NCBI GenBank assembly: GCA_963664225.1
Contig: OY760937.1
Span: 4,160,001-4,224,000 of the forward strand
DNA: 64,000 bases
From: Verrucomicrobiia bacterium
GTDB lineage: Bacteria; Verrucomicrobiota; Verrucomicrobiia; Limisphaerales; UBA1319
Direction: 5' to 3'
Shown piece by piece: positions 1 to 8,151 of the stretch. A program made the position numbers and the translations under genes. The number at the start of each line of letters is the position of its first letter. The first letter of the stretch is position 1. A model generated the notes under the pieces. That model saw only the letters and a list, made by a program, of their open reading frames with translations, was not told where the DNA came from and did not search any database.

Positions 1-274
1 GGCTTTCGCGAACTAAAGCATGAATGCCCGAGTGGCTAATCTTTGCAATCTTCACTCCGTTCAGCTCACAGGTCCAAGAGTGCCCGACTCCGGCAACTGG
101 CGGAAGATAACCAGAAGAAACCTCTCTGGCGAAGATTTCTGGATCAACAAACGAATATATCTCGACCATCTTCTCATGTGGCGCGTCGCAATCATCGCCC
201 GCACATACCGACTGGCGGGTTAAGAAGACCTGAATCTTCGGTCTGGCTTTTAGAATTTGGAACTCGGTTTTCAT
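1..274 (-). CDS. Hypothetical protein, partial (3' end runs off the window start)
   Basis: Manual translation from ATG at 274 is open to position 1: MKTEFQILKARPKIQVFLTRQSVCAGDDCDAPHEK... It is absent from the ORF track because no stop lies in the window. Confidence 0.55.
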   Translation of the reverse strand, partial: MKTEFQILKARPKIQVFLTRQSVCAGDDCDAPHEKMVEIYSFVDPEIFAREVSSGYLPPVAGVGHSWTCELNGVKIAKISHSGIHALVRES

Positions 275-311
275 GCGCGAATGCCGCCCAACAGTATTTA
301 TTGTCTCAAAC

Positions 312-339
312 TTAGACGCCGGAAACAAACCGGGTTGCC
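312..339 (-). promoter_or_regulatory. Candidate ECF-sigma promoter for the 1..274 ORF
   Basis: Minus strand reads GGCAAC-N15-CGTCTAA, resembling ECF AAC...CGT consensus; spacing is slightly short. Confidence 0.3.
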
Positions 340-656
340 GGTGCCCTTTAGGGGAGATTAACCCCGTATTGCATTAAAAAGCAAGAAAATAGTGTTTTGG
401 CGCGGGAAAATAGGTTGGGTTATTGCGAATGATGCGCAAGCAGGTGGGACGCGCGGGAGATTGATGGAAATGATGCCGCTCCTACGGAGCTTGAATCTCG
501 TTGTTGTTCCATTTCTATAAACATGGCGCTCCCATGGAGCTACCAATAAACCACACAGATTACCATGCGTTTGGCGGGGTTGGTCGCAAAGTGACTGAAT
601 GTCGCTTGATGCATTAAAAGCTCAAGGTAGAGAACCTCAGGGTGCGTAGGTTCATT

Positions 657-901
657 GGCAGCCTTGCCCTACCGGGAAGGTCCGGGGGACGGCTCGGCGG
701 GAGCCTCGCCCTACCGTTGTGCGGCTCGGTGGGAACCTCGCACCACCCTTGTGCGGCTCGGCGGGAGCCTCGCCCTACCGTTGTGCGGCTCGGCGGGAGC
801 CTCGCCCTACCGTTGTGCGGCTTGGCGGCCTCGCCCTACCGTTGTGCGGCTTGGCGGCCTCGTACCACCGTTGTGCGGCTCGGTGGGAACCTCGCCCTAC
901 C
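657..901. repeat. Tandem array of GTAG-type REP-like palindromic units
   Basis: Seven units of 25-32 bp start at 691, 723, 755, 787, 819, 848 and 877. Consensus is GGCTCGGCGGGAGCCTCGCCCTACCGTTGTGC, with a partial copy at 657-674. The minus strand reads GGTAG-GGCGA-GGCTC-ccgcc-GAGCC. Confidence 0.85.
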
Positions 902-912
902 GGGATGGTTTA

Positions 913-3000
913 TTAGTCGGGTTGCGGTCCAACCTGGTCGAGTGGGAGCGGATTGAAACCGGTTTTTAACACGGGGGCGTCGGCGCGGAGGCGGTAGTTG
1001 CCAGTTGCCGGGTTAACGAAACCGGGATCGCCTTCGGTCCAGTTGTCGGTCATCTCGACTGTTTTTTCACTCATGCCATCGAGCCAGTCGATCCACTTGC
1101 CTTTGCCGAAACGGATATTACGCAGGATGCGGTTATACTTCGCGGCGGCGGGATCGTCTTCGAGGATGTTGGCCAGATGTGGATAGCGTGTGCTGTAGGG
1201 CGGTTGGTCGAATGGCACAGAGCGCAGGTTGCGGATCATCACCCAGTCGCCATCGGGCGCGAAGGATTTGGCGGCCCAGCCTTTTCCACGTTGATCGACA
1301 TGGAGGGCGGGATTGCAGTCCACGAAAACATTGTTCTCGATGGTATTATCGCGGCCGCCGCCGAGCATGATGGCCCGGCCCGCGCGCTCGAAAAGGTTGC
1401 CCAGAACCGTCACACCGCAATAACAGTCGTCCAGGTAAACCGCCATCACCTCGGTATAACGATCCGACTGCGCGGCGTTGATGGTGGGGCCGATGTCATG
1501 AAAGTAATTGTAACGAACCACCGTGCCGCGCTGTTCCAGGTGCCGGCCCATATAGACGGCCCCCGCGTCGCCGGTTTGCGTGCAGACGCGCGAGATATCG
1601 TTGTATTCGACCATGTGATCGTTTCCGCCCATGAGGATCGCGTTATGCGGACCGTCGTGGATGATGTTGTGCGCGGCCCGATTTCCCACGCCGTTGATGG
1701 CGATGGCGGGACGATAGGTGCGATCCCAGCGGCTCTGGTGATGAATGCGGCAATTCACGGCAAAATGATTCGCAGGTTCCAGCGTCTTGAGATCTCCGCC
1801 GGTTAATTCAATGCCGGTGTCACCAATTTCAGACACCTCGCAGGATTGCACGCCGCATCGCGCGCCGCCCCGAATGATAACACCGTCCGTGCCCATATTG
1901 CGAATGGTGCATCCGGCCACGAGACAATCGTGAGAGTCGGTGATTTGAATCGCCTGCGCGCGCGAAGCCTCGAGTATCATGCCGCGCAAAACCAGATTTG
2001 CGGCGTTCTTAATGGTCACCATCGGAGTCTCCAGCAACGAAACCACCGTGGAACCTTCCTTCAAGGGTTCGGGCGGCCAGAAGTAGAGTATGCCCTTCTC
2101 GCGGTCCAGATACCATTCGCCCGGGGCATCGAGTTCCTCGAGGAGGTTCAGCGCATAGAAGCGGCGACCGGGTTTGTAACCGTAGGCGCCATGGGGCGGT
2201 ACCGTGGCAATCTGGTGCGTTGCGGGATCGATGGAGGCGATCTTCTCGTGCGAGTCCGCCCAATCGAATGTCCAGTAGCCGTGGACCCAGGCATCAGGAG
2301 CATTTGTCCAGCGGGCGAGCCGGTCGGAATCACAAGTAAACACGCCACCCTCCGGACCTTTGGGCGCGTCTTTGATGATGGCCCATTGCTCGCCGTTCGG
2401 CCAGCGCGCCAGAGGCATCGGACGATTCTGAAAGAACAGTTCTAGTGCTGCGGGCGCGCCAGCGTGATTAAAACCCCGGGCCATCAAGCGGCCGAAATTG
2501 GTGACTCCCTGAGCGGGCAGGCCGGTCTGAAGCACATGGCTGCGCGCGGCGGGATCGAGAAGGTTGAGGATTTTCTCATCTGTGACCGGTTTCCAATCCC
2601 CGACCTTGCAGCCGCCCACAAGATGGACTTGTTCTTCATGATACGTCCGCCAGAGGACCGGGGCCGAGGTAGTGCCGCCATCTTTGGCCTCGAGCGCCAA
2701 GGTCCGTTCGATGCGATAGGTGCCCGCGCGGATTTGAATGACCGCGCCGGGGGCATTCGTTGGGGAAGCGGCGCGCGCGTCCCGGAGAACGTCCCGGGCC
2801 CGTTCCAGTGTGGCAAGGGGGCCGTCGGTTTTGGCGGCATTGGGAGCGGGCAAGCGTCCGGACCATTGATCGCGACCCTGTGGGGAAACGAAAAACTCGA
2901 GCGTGCCGTTGGTCTGCGCAGCCACGAGCGTGGTGGTGCTCAAGACCAGCGCGCTCACGAGAGCCGCCAGCAATGCGACAGAAAAGTTTCTGGTTTTCAT
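913..3000 (-). CDS. Secreted right-handed beta-helix carbohydrate-active protein (GH141-like)
   Basis: Signal peptide; FVSPQGRDQWSG, PLATLERARD, LARWPN, EELDAPGEWYLD and AVYLDD motifs; Asn-ladder beta-helix repeats. Confidence 0.8.
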   Translation of the reverse strand: MKTRNFSVALLAALVSALVLSTTTLVAAQTNGTLEFFVSPQGRDQWSGRLPAPNAAKTDGPLATLERARDVLRDARAASPTNAPGAVIQIRAGTYRIERTLALEAKDGGTTSAPVLWRTYHEEQVHLVGGCKVGDWKPVTDEKILNLLDPAARSHVLQTGLPAQGVTNFGRLMARGFNHAGAPAALELFFQNRPMPLARWPNGEQWAIIKDAPKGPEGGVFTCDSDRLARWTNAPDAWVHGYWTFDWADSHEKIASIDPATHQIATVPPHGAYGYKPGRRFYALNLLEELDAPGEWYLDREKGILYFWPPEPLKEGSTVVSLLETPMVTIKNAANLVLRGMILEASRAQAIQITDSHDCLVAGCTIRNMGTDGVIIRGGARCGVQSCEVSEIGDTGIELTGGDLKTLEPANHFAVNCRIHHQSRWDRTYRPAIAINGVGNRAAHNIIHDGPHNAILMGGNDHMVEYNDISRVCTQTGDAGAVYMGRHLEQRGTVVRYNYFHDIGPTINAAQSDRYTEVMAVYLDDCYCGVTVLGNLFERAGRAIMLGGGRDNTIENNVFVDCNPALHVDQRGKGWAAKSFAPDGDWVMIRNLRSVPFDQPPYSTRYPHLANILEDDPAAAKYNRILRNIRFGKGKWIDWLDGMSEKTVEMTDNWTEGDPGFVNPATGNYRLRADAPVLKTGFNPLPLDQVGPQPD

Positions 3001-3065
3001 GATCGTGCGATTAAATTGTGTGAACCCGCTCCAACAATACTCAGACGCGTAATCCGTGAAAACTA

Positions 3066-3080
3066 TTGAGATTATCTCAA
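3066..3080. promoter_or_regulatory. Perfect 7-1-7 palindrome, candidate operator
   Basis: TTGAGAT-T-ATCTCAA lies 66 bp upstream of the beta-helix gene start. Confidence 0.35.
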
Positions 3081-3186
3081 GATGTCGATTCCTCGGGCCA
3101 TGGGTGTCGGCAATGGTTCAACACCACTTGAAGCGAATTGTGCTCATGGAAATCCCCGCCGCTCGTCGGCAGAGAATTGCGTCCGG

Positions 3187-4428
3187 TTAGTCCTTGGATT
3201 CGGACAACACCTGCTCCTGACGGGAGCGCAGGGAACCGATATCCTGGGATTTATTCTCCGGGTGCAGGGGATTGAGGGGCGACATGGCGCGCAGTTTGCC
3301 GATGATGTCCGGCAATTTCGCCAGGAGATAATCGATTTCCTCCGCTGTGTTATAGACGCCCAGGCTGAAGCGGACGCTTCCACGGGCCTGCATGGGGCTG
3401 ATGCCCATGGCCACGAGCACATGCGAGGGGTCGAGCGAGCCGGTGGTGCAGGCCGAACCGCTGGAGGCGCAAATCCCGGCCTGATCGAAGAGCATCAGGA
3501 TGGCCTCCGCTTCCACAAAATCGAAGGCGATGTTGGAAGTATTGGGCAGGCGGGACTGCGTGTTGCCGTTGACCCGGGTGTATCGAATGGTTTTGAGAAT
3601 GGAGGATTCCAAACGGTCGCGCAGCGCGCGCACGCGGGTGTTTTCCTCCTCGATATGCGCCATGGCCATTTCGGCCGCCTTGCCGAAGCCAACGATGCTG
3701 GCGACGTTCTCGGTTCCACCGCGCCGACCGCGCTCCTGGTGTCCGCCCATGATGTAGGGTTGGAACTTGGTGCGGCGTTTGACGTAGAGCATGCCGACTC
3801 CTTTTGGGGCGTGGAGTTTGTGCGCGCTGAGCGAAAGGAAATCGACGCCCAGTTCCTTGACGTCGAGCTTGATTTTCCCGGGCGTTTGAACCGCATCCGT
3901 ATGAAACGGAACCCCTTTGGAGCGACAAATGGCGGCAATTTCAGAAATGGGGAAGACGACGCCGGTTTCGTTGTTGGCGTACATGACCGAAACGAGGGCG
4001 GTGTCCGGCCGGATGGAGCGTTCCAGCAAATGAAGGTCCAGGCGTCCTTCGGAATCCACCGGGAGATAGGTCACGTCCACGCCCTGTTTTTTAAGCAACT
4101 GGCAGTGGGCCATGATGGCTGAATGCTCGACGGAAGTGGTTAGTATGTGGCGCTTTTGGGGCTGAGTCACCAGGGCGCTATGCAGGGCGGTGTTATCGCT
4201 CTCAGTGCCGCAACTGGTGAAGAAGATTTCCTTGGGATCCGCGTTGATCAACGCGGCAACCCGGGTGCGGGCGTCATCCAGAAACTGCCCGACCTGATGC
4301 CCAAAAGTGTAAGCGCTGGAAGGGTTTCCATAATACTCGCTCAAGATCGGTGTCATCGCCGCCACCACTTCGGGCGCTACCCGGGTCGTGGCATTGTTAT
4401 CAAAATAGAAAATTTTGCTCTCAGCCAT
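3187..4428 (-). CDS. iscS: Cysteine desulfurase, group I (IscS/NifS family)
   Basis: YFDNNATT, YGNPSS, HTDAVQ, SAHK (PLP lysine), GGHQERGRRGGTEN and SSGSACT (catalytic Cys). Start moved to MAESK at 4428. Confidence 0.92.
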   Translation of the reverse strand: MAESKIFYFDNNATTRVAPEVVAAMTPILSEYYGNPSSAYTFGHQVGQFLDDARTRVAALINADPKEIFFTSCGTESDNTALHSALVTQPQKRHILTTSVEHSAIMAHCQLLKKQGVDVTYLPVDSEGRLDLHLLERSIRPDTALVSVMYANNETGVVFPISEIAAICRSKGVPFHTDAVQTPGKIKLDVKELGVDFLSLSAHKLHAPKGVGMLYVKRRTKFQPYIMGGHQERGRRGGTENVASIVGFGKAAEMAMAHIEEENTRVRALRDRLESSILKTIRYTRVNGNTQSRLPNTSNIAFDFVEAEAILMLFDQAGICASSGSACTTGSLDPSHVLVAMGISPMQARGSVRFSLGVYNTAEEIDYLLAKLPDIIGKLRAMSPLNPLHPENKSQDIGSLRSRQEQVLSESKD

Positions 4429-4640
4429 AAATTTTGCTTCGGATGGCGGCGGGTGATCATTGGATCGTCCCCGGGACACCCGATAAATATATCATCGCCA
4501 GTGTAGGTGAGGTCCGCCAAATCGCAAGAGGCAAGAGGAAATGCGGACTTGGTCAATCCTGCGGTCCTTGGTGAGGCCCGACAGTAATGCCCCGATCTTC
4601 AGAAAGAATTTCGGGGCTGAAGCCGGAATGGATTGTGGAC

Positions 4641-5471
4641 CTAAAACGACGGCAGGGTAATCGAGGGCCCTTTGTTTTGGTCGATCACGCTGCGCAGATT
4701 GAGCGTCTGCCTGGTATTGCCTCCGGTTGTCAGGAAGAACCACTCCTTGCCAAACCCGGCGTCGATGTTGTCTTTAGACTCGAAATCAGCATCTGAAGCG
4801 GTGAACCGGGCCTTGGCGAGTGGATACCATTCCCCTTTGATGTCCTTGATCCAGCCGTGACCAAAACGCGCTTTGCGGACTTCCTCCACGCTTTTGAAAT
4901 CCCTGCGGAAATCCTCAATAAACGAATACAACCCTTTCAAAGGAAGCCCGCCAGTCTGCGTGCGGAAGGTCACCAGATGGAGCCAGCTCTTTTTGCCGTT
5001 GAGATAAAGATAGCCCGAATAAGCCGTCTTATTGCCTTCCACCAGCCCCCGCACCAGGAACCGGTTGGTTTCTCCGATCTTCCAGTCGTAATCCATCATG
5101 CACTGGCCACCGGTTCCCTCACCTCCAAACCGTTTGATGCGCACCGCTGGATCGCTATGCAGCAATTCCACGCGGTCCTCCACCTTTACCGCAGACTGAT
5201 CGTCGCCCTTGGTGGGATCCCAGACCGAGAAGATCGCGACCTTTTTGCCATCGCCCAGTTCCTGGATGCCAAAGTACCCGGTATTCCAACCGACAGCCAT
5301 GAAGTAGCTTCCCGTTGTGGACTGATCCACAACTACTTCGTTGTAAATAAGTTCTGCATCCGGCGCCGGATAGCTCAGGTGTACTGAACGCGCTGCACGA
5401 AAGGGTTCCGCAGCCCTGGTGTTGCCCGCTGTTATTACAAACATCAATGCCAGGATTATGAGTTTCTTCAT
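4641..5471 (-). CDS. Secreted DUF3472/DUF5077-family protein
   Basis: Signal peptide MKKLIILALMF; GYFGIQEL, IFSVWD, RFGGEGTGGQ and YSFIEDF motifs. Confidence 0.75.
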   Translation of the reverse strand: MKKLIILALMFVITAGNTRAAEPFRAARSVHLSYPAPDAELIYNEVVVDQSTTGSYFMAVGWNTGYFGIQELGDGKKVAIFSVWDPTKGDDQSAVKVEDRVELLHSDPAVRIKRFGGEGTGGQCMMDYDWKIGETNRFLVRGLVEGNKTAYSGYLYLNGKKSWLHLVTFRTQTGGLPLKGLYSFIEDFRRDFKSVEEVRKARFGHGWIKDIKGEWYPLAKARFTASDADFESKDNIDAGFGKEWFFLTTGGNTRQTLNLRSVIDQNKGPSITLPSF

Positions 5472-5700
5472 TATAATTTCACTTTTGTTTGGTCCCATTC
5501 ATCCTGCTGGGACGCTCGATTTATTGTCAACACTGTGGAATGGCTTCATCGCGAGGGACTTTCGCCATCCAAACTGATGTGCAATGTCCCGAGACCAGCG
5601 GATTTGTGGCGCAGACATGCAGGTGATCAAGGGGACCCACGCTAAGCGAAGATTGCTCTTTCCTGGATAACGAAAGGTAAGCGGAGGACGCAAACCGGTT

Positions 5701-5729
5701 TTGACCTGAGTGGGGCAGGGCGTTACACT
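5701..5729 (+). promoter_or_regulatory. sigma70 promoter, probably leaderless
   Basis: TTGACC-N17-TACACT, then 7 nt to ATG 5737. Confidence 0.65.
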
Positions 5730-5736
5730 GCGGACG

Positions 5737-6537
5737 ATGTCGTTACCGCCAGATTATCACATGCACACGCCGTTGTGTCGTCATGCCACGGGCGCGCCAG
5801 CCGAATATGCCACCCAGGCCTTGCGTCTGGGCCTGACCGAGATTGGTTTTTCCGATCACTCGCCGATGCGCTCGGACCATTTCGACGATTGGCGCATGCG
5901 ACTGGATCAGTTGGACGAGTATGTGGAGGCGGTTCGACGCACGCAGCGTGATTTTCCGCAACTGACGATCCGGCTGGCTCTGGAAATGGATTATCTGCCG
6001 GGCCATGAGGATTGGATTCGGGAGCTAACGGCCCGGTATCCGTGGGATTATCTGATTGGCTCAGTGCATTATGTGCTGGGGGATTGGGATGTGGATAATC
6101 CGGCCAAGCAGGGGAAATGGAAGGATATGAATCCGTCCGAAGTATGGGCGGATTACTTCGAGCGTCTGGCCAAGGCGGCGGCCTCCGGGCTGTTCGATTA
6201 CATTGGGCACGCGGATCTTCCCAAGAAATTCGGGGTGTTTCCCACGGCGGATTGCGCGGCGCATTATGAACGGTTTTTGCGTGTGGCGGGCGAAAAACAG
6301 GTGCCCATCGAATTGAACACTGCGGGTTTGCGCAAGGACTGCCATGAAATTTACCCGAGCCAGGCCTTTGTGCGCATGGCTTTCAAGCACGGGGTGCCGA
6401 TCACCTTTGGATCGGACGCGCACGCACCCGCAGAGGTGGGTTTTGCGCTCGAGCAGGCGGTGCAATCCGCCCGGGACGCGGGATATACCCGCTACAGCCG
6501 GTTTGCGCAACGGAAGCGCACGGAGGCGTCTCTCTAA
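5737..6537 (+). CDS. Histidinol-phosphatase, PHP family (HisJ/HisK)
   Basis: DYHMHT, GFSDH, DYLIGSVH, IGHADL, IELNT and GSDAH motifs. Confidence 0.85.
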   Translation: MSLPPDYHMHTPLCRHATGAPAEYATQALRLGLTEIGFSDHSPMRSDHFDDWRMRLDQLDEYVEAVRRTQRDFPQLTIRLALEMDYLPGHEDWIRELTARYPWDYLIGSVHYVLGDWDVDNPAKQGKWKDMNPSEVWADYFERLAKAAASGLFDYIGHADLPKKFGVFPTADCAAHYERFLRVAGEKQVPIELNTAGLRKDCHEIYPSQAFVRMAFKHGVPITFGSDAHAPAEVGFALEQAVQSARDAGYTRYSRFAQRKRTEASL

Positions 6538-6635
6538 AGGACGGGAAATAAGGCGCGAAAAGGGGTTTCCGTCTTTTCCAAAAAGTGTGTTCGCCCTTGA
6601 CCCGAGAGGCGGGCTGGAGGCTAATCGCGATATAA

Positions 6636-7769
6636 ATGAAGTTGAATCCTAAACAAGTGGTGTGGGGGGTGGCGGGAATTGTGATCGCCGCCAACGTGCT
6701 GGTGGCGGCATGGTCATTTCGTTCGCATAAAACGGAAACACCTCCGTCGGTTAAAACTGCGGCAAATGTATTAGTATTAACCGGCGCGGTGGAGCGCATT
6801 CAGGAACTGCCTCAAACCACGAATGCAGCCCCGCAGAAGTCTGTGGAAAGCCCAGTGGAAAACCCTGTGGTGGCCGCAGTCACCAATGCTCCTGTGGCGC
6901 CGGTTGTCGCGGAGATTCCGGCAACGACAGCGGTTTCGAGCGCAGTCGAACCTCTGGGTGGAATCGTCATCACCCATTGGCAGGCGCCCACGAATGGGCC
7001 GGGGCTCGCGGAATTCGAGAAGGGTTTAAAGGCTGCAAAGGGGGAGGGTCAGCCCAAGGATTTGGTCCAGGCCGCCGAGTGGTTCCGACAATCGGCTGCG
7101 GCGGGCAATGTGGAGGGACAGTTTAATCTGGGTCTGCTTTACGTATCCGGTCAAGGGGTCGATAAAGACTATGTCAAGGCGGCCGAGTGGTTTAAGAAAG
7201 CGGCGGATCAGGGTCATCCGGACGCGCAGTTCAACCTGGCCGTTCTGTATATTGGGGGATTGGGTGTGACACAGGATAATACGGTGGCCGCGCAGTGGGC
7301 CCGCAAGGCGGCGGAACACGGGAACTACGAAGCGGCGTATAATATGGGGATTTTATACACCAGCGGTCGGGGGGTGCCCCAGGACGCGGCGCAGGCGGCG
7401 CGGTGGTTCCAGGTGGCTGCGGAAGGCGACATATCGGCGGCGCAATCCAATCTGGGCGTTTTCTATATTCACGGCAAAGGGGTGGCCAAGGACGATGTGC
7501 AGGCGCATAAATGGTTTATGAAGGCGGCGCAGCACGGGAATGCCACGGCGCAGTTTAACCTGGGCGTCATGTATGCCAAAGGGCAGGGGGTGGAGAAGAA
7601 TCTGGCGGAATCCTATTTCTGGAGCAGTCTGGCGGCCATGCAAGGGGATGACCAGGCGGGCAATAACCGCGATCAAGTGGCCCTGGATCTGACGCCGAAG
7701 GTTATTGCGGAAACTCTCAAGCGCGTGACGTCATTTGCGATGACCAATGTCGCAGGGGGCAAGCCGTAA
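6636..7769 (+). CDS. Membrane-anchored Sel1-repeat protein
   Basis: N-terminal TM helix, Pro/Ala/Thr linker, then about 6 repeats of AQFNLG.Y..G.GV..D...A..WF..AA.QG. Confidence 0.9.
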   Translation: MKLNPKQVVWGVAGIVIAANVLVAAWSFRSHKTETPPSVKTAANVLVLTGAVERIQELPQTTNAAPQKSVESPVENPVVAAVTNAPVAPVVAEIPATTAVSSAVEPLGGIVITHWQAPTNGPGLAEFEKGLKAAKGEGQPKDLVQAAEWFRQSAAAGNVEGQFNLGLLYVSGQGVDKDYVKAAEWFKKAADQGHPDAQFNLAVLYIGGLGVTQDNTVAAQWARKAAEHGNYEAAYNMGILYTSGRGVPQDAAQAARWFQVAAEGDISAAQSNLGVFYIHGKGVAKDDVQAHKWFMKAAQHGNATAQFNLGVMYAKGQGVEKNLAESYFWSSLAAMQGDDQAGNNRDQVALDLTPKVIAETLKRVTSFAMTNVAGGKP

Positions 7770-7813
7770 CGGCGCACTCTTATTTCGCACGAGAAAACAC
7801 TCTCAGACGCGAG

Positions 7814-8089
7814 ATGGAGTGCAGTCAAGGCATTAAACATGATCAGTTCGATGCCGCGATTTGCAGCCGACTTTATTTGGTGGAAACAGAATTAGGTAAT
7901 CACACTGCGGCAGAAAAATATTATAAATTGGCTGCCACCAATTGCCAAAAGTATTGCGCAAGTGAGAAGCGGCCGCCACTGACACAGGAGGAAGTGCGTA
8001 TGCTCATTGAAATGGTTGACAAAAATGTGCAGGTGCCGCAATGGAAAGGGCAGATTAATGTTTCCTGTGATAATAGGCGAGAGCATTGA
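7814..8089 (+). CDS. Small hypothetical protein or 3' gene remnant
   Basis: AT-richer 91-codon ORF with a TPR-like helix pair (LGNHTAAEKYYKLA). The frame stays open upstream to the Sel1 stop, with no clear RBS. Confidence 0.3.
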   Translation: MECSQGIKHDQFDAAICSRLYLVETELGNHTAAEKYYKLAATNCQKYCASEKRPPLTQEEVRMLIEMVDKNVQVPQWKGQINVSCDNRREH

Positions 8090-8151
8090 TTTCAATACGT
8101 TTAGAGTTCGGATTCGTCGGTTCAGATCATGGTGGGCGCGCTCCCAGATGC

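Noticed and set aside
691..901. CRISPR array
   Set aside because: The linkers are 7 bp and near-identical rather than unique spacers, and no cas genes are present.
642..969. Short repetitive ORFs over the repeat array
   Set aside because: They are translations of the tandem DNA repeat in three frames.
3187..4428. Nitrogen-fixation or isc cluster
   Set aside because: The desulfurase is alone; no nifU/iscU, iscA or nif genes are adjacent.
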